A stretch of DNA of 64,000 bases from Nageia nagi (taxonomy: Eukaryota > Plantae > Pinophyta). Position numbers and translations under genes: made by a program. A model generated the notes under the pieces. That model was not told the DNA's origin. It searched no databases and worked only from the letters and a program-made list of their open reading frames with translations. Every line of letters starts with the position of its first letter. The first letter of the stretch is position 1. Shown one piece after another: positions 54,001 through 64,000 of the stretch. The stretch covers positions 192,076,001 through 192,140,000 of the forward strand of contig JBITNC010000001.1 in assembly GCA_050084985.1 (NCBI GenBank), written 5' to 3'.

Positions 54001-55712
54001 TAGTTGGTAATGATACATTATCTTTCATGGATTATTTTTCTAGTTATAATCAAATACTAATCAATCTAGATGACCAACATAAGACTACTTTCACTACTCC
54101 ATGGGGAAATTTTTGTTGGAAGTTTATGTCTTTTAGACTAAAAAATGTAGGTTCCACTTACCAAAGAGCTATGATCTCAATGTTTCATGAGCACATCCAT
54201 AAATTAGTAGAAGTGTATGTTGATGACATATTGGTGAAATAAAAATAAGGAAAAGATCATTTAGAGTTGCTTGAGGAGGTCTTCCAAATTTTGAAAAGGT
54301 ACAAGCTTAGACTCAAACCTCAAAATATGTTTTTAGTGTCACTTCAAGAAAATTGCTTGGTTTTATGGTTTTTAAAACAAGAATTGAATTAGATACCAAA
54401 AAAGTGAAAGCCATAGTTAGTATGCCTACTCCAAATAAGCTTAAGAAATTAAGGAATCTCCAAGGCAAGATCAACTTGATGAGAAGAATTATTTCCTAAC
54501 TTAGAGATAAATATAATCCCTTTGCTCATTTGCTAAACAGGGATGTCAATTTTGTGTGGGATGAAAAATGCCAAAAGGCTTTTGTAAATATCAAATAGCA
54601 CTTTCTCAATCCTCGTATTTCAGTTCTTATGGACTTTTCAAAATTAGCTTATTTACATATATCAACCACATTGTATGCCTTAAGGGTAATGTTGTGTCAA
54701 AAGGATGATGAGAAAAAAGAAAGAGCAATTTATTACCTTAGCCAAACTCTTGATGAATATGAAACTAGATATACTCCTATGGAAAAACTTTGCTTTGGTA
54801 TTATTTTTGCTATTGAAAAATTGAGACACTATTTACTGTATTGCATTACTTTTGTTGTTATCCTAGTTAATCCATTGAAATATGTTGTGGAAAAATAGCA
54901 TTTATCAAGAATGGTAGCAAAATGGATAATGTTATTGCAAGAGTTTGATATCAATGTGGTAAAATAAAAGTCTATAAAAGGGTAAGCCATTACAGATTTG
55001 ATTATCAAGTTCCCTCAAAATGATGAAGAAATTTCCCATGAAGAATTTCCAGATGAATATGAGGATGACCCATGCCATCAATAATGTGTGGATTTATCAG
55101 AAGGTCATGAGTGGTGTGACTTTGATAAGATGTTGACCTCTAATGAATACATTTACCTCATGGAAGATGAACCCAATTTATGTAATTGTACTTTAATGGA
55201 TCCAAGTGTTGTTATAGAGAAGGGGTAGGTATTATATTGGTTTCTCCTACAAATGACATAATTCCCATGGCTTACAAACTTGGATTGGAATGCATAAATA
55301 ATATGGAAAAATATGAAGCTTTGATATTAGGTTTGAAACCAACTATCACATTGAGAATTAAATATTTAGAGATTTATGGTTCTTAGTAGCTTGTAATTAA
55401 CCAAGCATGGGATATTTTGATACAAAGGATGAGAAATTAAGGCCCTAGAAGGTAGTGGTTAATGATTTATTGGATTACTTTGATAGATATACTATTCAAA
55501 ATATTCTATTGACTAATAACAAGTATGTAGATGCCATGCCAAGTAAAGTTTCTCTAACACCAATTGAGATTGAAGATGAAGAGACCATTTTGAAAATTTG
55601 TAAGCTTGGTACACCCTACTATATTTAAGATATCCATGAAATAGATGCATGTCTCATTACTGAAGAGAATGATTTTTAGAATTGGTATTTTGATATTTAT
55701 AATTATCTATTA
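51090..55712 (+). pseudogene. gag-pol pseudogene of the nested Tat element
   Basis: Collinear gag, PR, RT, RH and aRH fragments broken by stops and frameshifts. Confidence 0.92.
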
Positions 55713-55714
55713 AA

Positions 55715-55995
55715 CCCTTCATCTCACTTTTGCATACTTTTTATTTTATTCCTTGATCTGCTTAATTCATGTAGCCAACAATGTGGTATCTTGGTTCATT
55801 GGTGATGTGTGCCTCTTTGAATGCATTCTGGGTGTTAATGAATGATTTCTCTTATTTCATGTTTGTGCGACTATGATGAAGGTATATTGATTATCATTAT
55901 TCATCGAATGACATATTTCTAATATATGCTTCAATTACATATTGTAGAAAAATCGTGCATTGATTTTATTATTTATGAATTATTTGAGGTCTACA
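55715..55995 (+). repeat. Partial 3' LTR, direct repeat of 50500-50779
   Basis: ccttcatctcactttt...ttaattcatgtagccaaca...tatttgaggt[c/t]taca is shared by both copies. Confidence 0.9.
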
Positions 55996-55999
55996 CTTA

Positions 56000-57110
56000 T
56001 CTTGGAATGAGTTACCTTTAGTTTCTCAAGTATTTGTTGTATACTTAAATTACAAGGGACCTCCATTCTTTCTGTAATGGCTAGATTGATGTTCCCTCTA
56101 GGCCTTACTCTATTAGAGGCATTGCATAGTTCCTCATTGAAAATGAATTTTGTTGAAAGTGGTTATATGTTGTCTGAGTCAAATACAAGGGTCTCATATT
56201 GGAGTTTTCCATAATCTAACAATTTTTGCAATTGTTTCCTCAAAACCATGTAAGAAAATCATAAAATTTTGCTTCATTATACTAACTAGGTTTATCATCA
56301 TGAGGACCTACATTTTGCTTTGGATTAGGTTTGATGACTCCCTTCTATAGAAAATCCTTGAACATTATAGTAGTAACTAAAGGAAAATGAAATTAAGCAT
56401 ATCTTTTTTTGTGTAAGTCTATTGAAAATCTCTATAAATGGTAATATTATATAATCTAGATCTTGGAATCTCAATTTCAGCTTTATGTTGTGGTAAAATA
56501 TGGATATGACATGGTTTTTGGACAGGGTTTCAGGTATCATGATCCATATTTTTTGGAATCATTAGAAATTTTTATCAAATCTTTCATTTGGACCTTGAAT
56601 GGCACTAACTAGATCTAAAACTATCATTTTTCTAAGAGTACGAAATTTGAAATGTATATAAAATTATGAGATAAGTTGCACATAGAAATTAATGGACTTA
56701 GAAGGTAAAGAAAAGTAACAATTTAGTGCATCACCTCTTAATGTTGTAGGTAAGTATTTAGACATCAAATTCTCATTAATCTTGAATTTTAATTCAAACC
56801 TCATTTTGACAGCCTTGATATGAGCCATAGGATCTCCCTCACTACTATATGTATCAAAAATAGTTTCTACTTACAAATCAAGTTCCCTCATATTACAGAT
56901 ATCATCACATAATGGATTTGAATCTATAGACATGGTTAGAATAGCACTAGTAGATTCATGGTGGCCCCCAATGTTAGAGGCATCACTTCTTTCTTCATTT
57001 CCATAAAGCATTTTATTTATATTAGCTTTGTTGGCCTCATCAAAGTTATTGACCATTGCAAGAAATTTGGTGGGTTCCATTTTTGAAACACTCAAAAAAT
57101 TGATACTAGT
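56000..57110 (-). pseudogene. gag remnant of the minus-strand Tat element
   Basis: YSSEGDPMAHIKAVKM...LMSKYLPTTLRGDALNCYFSLPSKSINFY (retrotransposon gag pattern); ORFs 56325 and 56871. Confidence 0.8.
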
Positions 57111-57188
57111 GCTATCTAAAGCCCTAGGAATTTAGTGCAACTAGTGAAGGATATAGCAATGTTTTGAAAATAATTTAGGTTCACCAAT

Positions 57189-57205
57189 TTTTATAACCAA
57201 TATAT

Positions 57206-57244
<39 letters not shown>

Positions 57245-57943
57245 TGATTATTTATAGAATATTCAATTAACCAATTTAACCATGAAATAATAGAAACACA
57301 ATAATACAAATGATGATAATGATATATTTGACCTCAACCTATCAAAATTGTATTTACAAAATATATAAACTTGTACTTTACCTATGATGAAGAATAGAGG
57401 TGATATTTAGACAAAAGGGGATGAACAACAACCCTCTTCAAAGAAAGGAGCCAAATATCCAAATTCAACCTAGCGGTAATGCTAGGAACCCAATGACATT
57501 TCTTGGATACCTTTCCATTTTATCCTCACCCTTTGCTCAATTGCATTGTCTTGCCTTCGATGCTCAAAATAGCACTCACAAATGAGTAAAAAATAGCAAT
57601 AATGCTAATATTAGGGTATAAAAATTTCCAAAAATGATAGGTGGTGTTAAGAAACACAGGTCAATAATGACACAAGTAATTACCATCTATCAAAGATTCA
57701 TGATTGTGTTAAATCATGTCATATATATGATCATGCACACCCTTCCACCTTTATAGGTAACACATAAATTGCCAAGGCTTATCCTTGAACTTATTGTGAT
57801 GTCGACGAACCTATTACCATAAAACATAAAGGTAGATGAGAGTGCACATTGATAAAAGTATTTACTTAATAAATTAAATAAATCATAAATAACTAAAAAA
57901 TAGGTATTTTAATTAAATTAAAATTCCTTTTTATGTATTAATA
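57189..57943 (-). repeat. 5' LTR of the minus-strand Tat element
   Basis: Direct repeat of 43281-44013, adjacent to the PBS tggtgaacctaaa on the minus strand. Confidence 0.9.
57209..57240. repeat. (TA)16 microsatellite
   Basis: Perfect dinucleotide run. Confidence 0.98.
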
Positions 57944-58560
57944 GCTATGTTATTACTCATTAAGAGATGTAACATATCAAGAATCACTCAAAATGTGTTC
58001 TACTTATTTTGTTAAGAGAAAATGTTCGGTAGTAAATTGAAACATTTATAAGAGCTAAAATCAAATACATAATAAATATTTATTTGTAAGGTAAGTATAT
58101 TCATTCATCTATCAATTGATTTTATATGTGACACATGAAGCTTTTACAACCTAGGCAAATACATAGATTGATCTCCATTTGTATTATTTTTAGATTGTTG
58201 ATATATTCCACTCTAACTATTGTTGGTCAATGTAACTAATAATAGGTAGGTTTATGAGGATAATATTATATTTAACTATATTAGATATCTTAAAATAAAT
58301 ATATCTAAAAATACCTTGAGGTATCAATCTCAAGGCACATATCTCCTTTTCTCATAAGAGTAATTTTTAAGATAGATACCTAGAGGTTTGAGATCCATTA
58401 TCAAATGTATCCCTCGAATCCATTTCCATAAAAATAGAGAATAATGATATTCATAATTTTTCCTTACATTATGTGTGTGGGTTGAAATATTATTATTAAT
58501 TTTTATTTTTTAATGTCAATCATTATTAGAAATATTAGAGGATTGAAATAAAATTACTAA

Positions 58561-59620
58561 TGTAGAGTAAAAATATGCAAGGGAGAGAAAAAAAATACCA
58601 TACAAGGAGAAGCATGCACCAATGGAAAGATAAGATATTGATAGGGGAAATCAAAGAAAAAACCCCTATAATGATAAAATGAAAAAGCCTAAAGAAATAA
58701 TTTACAAGAAACATAGATTCCTAAATCTCTACATACATGCTTGAGAAGAACAAGGAAATGGCATCTTATTTTAAGGAGATGAGAAGATGAGTTACTAAGT
58801 AACTCCCATGAAATTAGGTATTACTTGTCATATACAAGTGTGTAACATGTATCCCTATTCTCATAAGGAGGAATCTATAATTAAGCTCTAATATTCTCCA
58901 AAATAGGAGTTATAAGTTATATAATAATCTACAACAAAAATACAAAAGAAGATAAAAAAATATTAGGTCTTTAAATGATACCTAAGTAAATATTAATAAT
59001 TCTAACACCCCCCTTTAAGCTTTTCTTATGGATGTTTACAAAGATACAAAGTGCCATGAAAAGATTACATATTTAACACCCCCATTTAAGCTTTAATTGG
59101 GGTAAGATATAAAAGAAGTGATGCCAAAAATTTCCTTTGAAGATGCACTTGAGGTATTGAAGAAGAAGGAGTCACCACCATGAAGAGATAAGAAGTCCAT
59201 ATAAATAATCCATGATTCCATATAGAAGGTTCACTTGAGCTCCACCATAAATAATCCCAAGCAATAAATTACCATAAGAAGCTCCAAGACCTAGACTCTC
59301 AAGGAAACCATGGCCACAAAGACTGTAGGTTAAATAAGAGCTCCAAATATAAATAAATGAATGTGCATAAACAATTAGAGCTCCACTATAATTATACCAT
59401 ATGTGCATTTAAACATCAATTTATATGATCAAGCAATCTCCAAATAACCTTCCAAAATATAAATCTTATAGGCCATAATAATGACATAAGCTCAAAAGAA
59501 GAAGGTAGGATCATAATAAATCCATCAATCTATTATTCAATAAATGTTTCAAGTGGTCTCTTTCTAACCCCCATACATAATTGGATAAAAATAACACCTT
59601 CAAAAACATCTCAAGGTGCC
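58561..59620 (-). mobile_element. Copia-like 3' remnant: LTR (~58561-59007), PPT and short internal sequence
   Basis: The minus strand reads cttaaagggggg-TGTTAGAATT at 59007, and a TG bounds the other end at 58561. The internal limit is approximate. Confidence 0.6.
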
Positions 59621-62582
59621 CCATTAGATCATTACTTATTATCATTTAAAATTCCTCAAAGTGACAATTAAAATTATCAAAAATAAAATTATCAATTAAA
59701 TATGCACATTAAAAGTATTCAATTATTAAATTTACACATAATTGCACCAAAGTATACAAAATAGGTGTTGAAATATTGTTAAAGCACATATAATTATGGC
59801 ATTAAAAAAAGCATTAAATGTTAAGAATACATGTCATAAAACATTTTTCAAACAAAAGGACACATGAATAAATCAATAAAAGATCTATTAATGTTGCATA
59901 ATAACATGCAATTGAAAAGAAAATAAAAATATACAAATTGAAATTAACTTATGGGAAGTGATGTCAAAATTATGCATGAATGATCAAGTCATGCAAATTT
60001 TGATCACAAAACCCAAATAATGATATGAGCCAAGGTTTTATAATCATTCACATACTAATTAAACTCTTTTATCATTGCAAATATAATATCATTAATTATC
60101 ATTTAAGCAAAAAATTAATATCAAAATAAAATAAAATAAAATAAAACTCTCAAGGTTTGATTTGTAATGAAACGATATTAAAAAGCAAATGACAAATTAA
60201 ATAAATAATACATTAATCCCATAAAAATTATGTCAAAGGTCACAAAGTTTAAATAATTATAAATGGCATAAATCAAAAATATTAATAATATTTTAATTAT
60301 TAAATTTAACATTTAAACATATTAAATTAAAATCTAAAAACCAAACTATATATAAAAAAAAAAGTAAAAGTAACCTTCAAAAAAGTGCATAAAAAAAACA
60401 TATAGAATGCAGGGGCATCATTAGAACATAGCGACAAGGTGTTGCATAGCATATATCATGCAAAGGAGGGGTGAAAGGTGAAGGAATAGAAGAATTCCAC
60501 AATCAAGATCACTTATATCAACTCCAACAAATCACTACTCAACTTACTCTAAAAATAATAATTTCTTAAAAGATACAACAATAAGCAATCTCACAAATTA
60601 ACACACAAGAAATATAATAGTTCATCTCTAAGAGAGTACATCCACTTGAATCTAAGTATATTACTTCTCAAGATAAACTCTCTCTTACAAATATTATATC
60701 CTTAGATCTCTAAACTAATAGCATAACAATGCTTCTAAAAAATGTATATCTTTTACAACAAGCCTAGCCTTCCTTTTATATGCTCAAATCCTACTTTGGT
60801 AAACCCTTTAATACAAGAGGAATACTAATGTACATAGGATATCCGCATTCTCACATTAGGTGAGAATAGTAGGTGGAAGGCTTTTTACCCATACTTTATT
60901 ACATATCTCCATAGTTTTATTTTAAGTATGTGGGATAACATACATATGTGGATATAACCTTAATATAACATAGATGGAACTCCATATTTGTATACATGGA
61001 TAATACACATAATAAATGGACTATTCTATATTACAAAATATTTTCTTTCTAACTTAGGTATTGTGTATGTTCTTTTAGTATTTAATTAATTACAAACAAT
61101 ACACCTAAGTTATTTACATAATAATGCATTGCAAATTCTAATGCTCCCCCTTAATGCAATATTAGGGTAGATATAAGAGAAAAAAGTGTAAGAGAGCTCT
61201 CCTCCATAAGAAATACAAGCAAAGATGAGAAATTGATATTTTGAGAAGTAATATACTTTAGATTCTAAACATGGTTCAACTACTTAACCATTTGAACAAA
61301 TGATTTATAACATGATCATCATCAAACATAAATGGTTAAAATGTATAAGTAGTCATTTAACATTATGTTGATATGATGAGCCTCCATAAGCCTGCATACT
61401 TGAAGTACCTAACATGCAAACTTGCAAGCTATAAGCAACTCATAAACAATATCATTTAGATGCATCATACATTCATTTTAACATACGATAAATGAATCAA
61501 CCAATGTCATCCATAACTAATCAAATGGTATATTATAAGTCATGCTAAACAATCCTATAGTCACACTATAAGTCATCATAAATATACTAAGCAAACCAAT
61601 AGTCACAAAATATGTGTTTATCAGTTCATAATTTGCTCTAAGGTGCATAAATAATTTATTCTCATGTGGATAACTTAGTATAACAAAAGGTACTTCTAGA
61701 AGTGAAGTATAATATTTCTCAATAATTTCTACTTTAGTATCTCTTAAGGACAAATTTACCATCCTAAAATATTTAAGGATAACTTTACCATCCTAGAGAT
61801 GTTATGGGTTCATATAACTTCATCTTATTATATTTTTTGCATCCTTTCTGTATGCAAGTTGATATGAAATTAACATTATTTAAGAATAATTTCTCCCCTT
61901 GAGAGCAACTTCATCTAAATAAATACTTAAAATAAATGAGCAAAAGGTGATTAAATTATCCATATATCGATACACAAATCATTTAACATTCTTGTCTTAA
62001 TGTAATTAAGCATCCTTTACATTAATTCAATATAGAACTTATTTAAGTGCATTAATGCACATAAAATCCTATAACAAGGTTGAAATCCAATTGATTTTGC
62101 AATTGTATGTTTAACATATAAACTAATTTAACACCCAACAATCAAATTTTAGTTACCTAACCTTATTAATAAATACTAAGTCTTTGATTTTAATGAAATC
62201 TTGAAACAGGAGGAACTTGAGCAATGACATGTCACCTCAAAGTCTCTAACTCATTAGTTAACTCTTGTATACATTTGAGGAGCAATTCTCACTCAACTAT
62301 GAACTCATTCCACTCCTTATATATCATGTCAAAGCTTGATCTTCCATTTCCCTTTTCCTCTTGAACATTTCACATCATAAACAATGTTCACTTACACACT
62401 TATTGGCATGCTCTATTAATGAAGCATTGACCAAATTTCTTAGTTGCAACACTTGTATAGCCATTGATGAACCATTCCCAATATTACTATGTACTCTTTC
62501 TCATACATCCTCCTTATTTAAAGAGTACCCTAAGCAAGTTGGGATCTTGCTCACCATAACTAGAACTATGTCACTTAGTTCA

Positions 62583-62700
62583 TATATCAATAGCTATTTA
62601 TAAAGTATGCATTACTTTGTGAAGTGGTAAATACTACCAACTATATCAATAGCTATTTATAAAGTATGCATTACTTTGTGAAGTGGTAAATACTACCAAC
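62583..62700. repeat. Perfect 2 x 59-bp tandem duplication
   Basis: tatatcaatagctatttataaagtatgcattactttgtgaagtggtaaatactaccaac at 62583 and 62642. Confidence 0.97.
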
Positions 62701-63227
62701 TCTTTCAATTGAGTTGTTTACACTATCATATATGACATTTATTAAAACAATATCATGTATCTAATCATGATAGTGTCAATAAGTGATGAACAATTTTTGA
62801 AAATTTTCTCCATTGAATTTTTACAAATAAATATTTATCAAAAGAATATAACCACACATAATCATTAATGTGCTAAATTTTTTATCATAATCTATCCAAA
62901 GATTATGATAATTACCAAGAATATTTTTCTTACCATCAATAAATTAAGGCAAGTATTCTTATCACTAAGGTAATGATTCATGTTATCAAGGTCATAATTC
63001 CATGTTATCTTTTAATTAGGAAACAACATTAATTTCCAACTTGACCACACCATTAATTAAGATATAATGCATAACCATAAACATAAAAATCATCTCTATA
63101 TGTATATGTTCTTACCACTTTTAAAGTGGAGGTTTAATTTTTCTATCAATAATATTATAATTTGGATGAAGAAGAAATCACAAAATACTATCTTGATTTT
63201 GTCAGTTAATCATGATTTAAGCCATAA

Positions 63228-63435
63228 ATGTCAACTTGACTATACCATGTAGTTAAGATTTACAAGTCATAGGTCACATATGCTAACTTGACTATACCAT
63301 ATAGTTATGATTTATGAAACATAGGCTACATATGCCAACTTGAATATACCATGTAGCCACTATTTACAAGTCATAGGACACAAATATCACCTAATCAAGA
63401 TGCACAAGCCATAAGATGCCAACTTGACTAGTATG
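63228..63435. repeat. 52-bp tandem repeat, three copies plus a partial
   Basis: atg[t/c][c/t]aacttga[c/a]tataccat at 63228, 63280 and 63332; partial copy at 63416. Confidence 0.9.
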
Positions 63436-63514
63436 GTTCAATTTCCCAATAGTATCAATTTATAATATATAAACTTCTTAAAAAATAGAAGTAATGTGAC
63501 AAAAGTAAAAAATT

Positions 63515-63790
63515 GTAATTTTGGAGAAGATAAAACTTTTTTAACCACTCCAATAATTCACAATCATGGAGGAGAGTGAACCTTTTTAACCACTCCATCA
63601 ATTTGCAACTTTTAAGAAAGGGGAACCTTTTTAACCACTCCAACATTTTGCTATTTTGGAGAAGGGTGATCCTTTTTAACTACTCTAATAGTTTACATTT
63701 TTGGAGAAGGACTAATATTTTTAACCACTTTATTAATATGTAGTCATGGATAATGATGAGCCTTTTTAACCACTCCATCTACTATAATTT
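63515..63790. repeat. 45-bp tandem repeat, about six copies
   Basis: tttttaaccactcca core recurring every ~45 bp (cctttttaac at 63581, 63626, 63671 and 63761). Confidence 0.9.
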
Positions 63791-64000
63791 GCAAACAATC
63801 CATCAACATAGATATAGCTTCCCAACATGAAAGTAAGTAGTGCATTATAAGTCATCATATAGATGCTAAGTCAATACTTATAGTTACTTATATATACAAT
63901 ACAACCCTCCTAATATTGAAGTAAGAATTCATACTTCAATTCTTTTTTAAGAAAACATTACCATATTATGGTTTAGGTAAAAAATATCAATGAAGTTTTA

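Larger units (their letters stand above)
50250..55995 (+). mobile_element. Nested Tat element with gag-PR-RT-RH-aRH order (Ogre/Retand-type); integrase deleted
   Basis: LTR ends gaggtttaca at 50779 with a PBS at 50783. Gag ORFs 51179 and 51665; PR ORFs 52265 (TLVDNRS) and 52544 (YNLLLGRLWLH); RT ORF 53790 (VYVDDILVK); RH ORF 54629; aRH ORF 55186 (YFNGS...GVGIILVSP...CINNMEKYEALILGL). Partial 3' LTR at 55715-55995. The left LTR boundary is unknown. Confidence 0.92.
43281..57943 (-). mobile_element. Tat/Ogre-like Ty3/gypsy element, decayed, with internal deletions and an ~8 kb nested insertion
   Basis: LTR pair 43281-44013 and 57189-57943; PPT-like aaaatagggcatc before TGTTAACACC; PBS at 57172-57186. 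Gag lies at ~56000-57100, RT at ~46400-47250, RH in ORF 46073-46405 and INT at ~44790-45900 (HQAHEGKCGRH...C..C; TPYYPKGNAQAKS). Flanks attat/gctat are a plausible decayed 5-bp TSD. Confidence 0.92.
60479..64000 (-). mobile_element. Highly decayed copia-like element: 3' LTR (~60479-61143), PPT and internal remnants running to the window edge
   Basis: PPT attgcattaagggggag precedes cattagaat (decayed TGTTAGAAT), and the other terminus is tgaaggaat. Weak integrase-region-like remnants (CLGYS) lie at ~62300-62950, with tandem arrays upstream. Confidence 0.55.

Noticed and set aside
59620-60478. A-rich stretch with (AAAAT)n at ~60123
   Set aside because: Short low-complexity run with no element structure.
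63228-63790. Regularly spaced repeats resembling a CRISPR array
   Set aside because: The intervening sequences are homologous to each other, so these are tandem repeats; there are no cas genes and the context is eukaryotic.
1-64000. A novel functional multi-gene system, endogenous virus or RNA gene
   Set aside because: Every recognisable ORF fragment maps to a decayed transposon or the H4 pseudogene, and no ORF exceeds 170 aa. I saw no tRNA, rRNA, snRNA or caulimovirid movement/coat motifs.

Overview
This is AT-rich, strongly CpG-depleted eukaryotic heterochromatin-like DNA made almost entirely of old, nested, decayed transposable elements. I found no intact protein-coding gene, RNA gene or CRISPR array. 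The element mix, especially a Tat element with the extra RNase H before RT and long accessory ORFs, suggests a large-genome land plant, probably a gymnosperm; that is inference. In order: two related chromovirus (Ty3/gypsy) remnants in opposite orientation (1-6370); a near-complete decayed Ty1/copia (8215-13968) and a defective CACTA transposon (14232-20889), both apparently inserted into an older remnant with accessory ORFs; a possible Harbinger-type MITE (23670-24502); a ~13.3 kb Tat element with PR-aRH-RT-RH-INT order and a ~4 kb 3' accessory ORF region (24701-37981); a copia 5' fragment (40430-41493); a full-length, indel-free histone H4 pseudogene with promoter remnants (42722-43033, minus); a ~14.7 kb minus-strand Tat/Ogre-like element inserted ~250 bp upstream of the H4 start, itself holding an LTR-like block and a related plus-strand Tat element with RT-RH-aRH order (43281-57943); and two copia-like 3' remnants with tandem repeats (58561-64000). 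The sequence does not support a new functional biological system. The best leads are the uncharacterised accessory ORFs, the two aRH architectures side by side, tRNA-Trp priming and the fossil H4 locus. Domain coordinates inside decayed elements are approximate and were read by eye.
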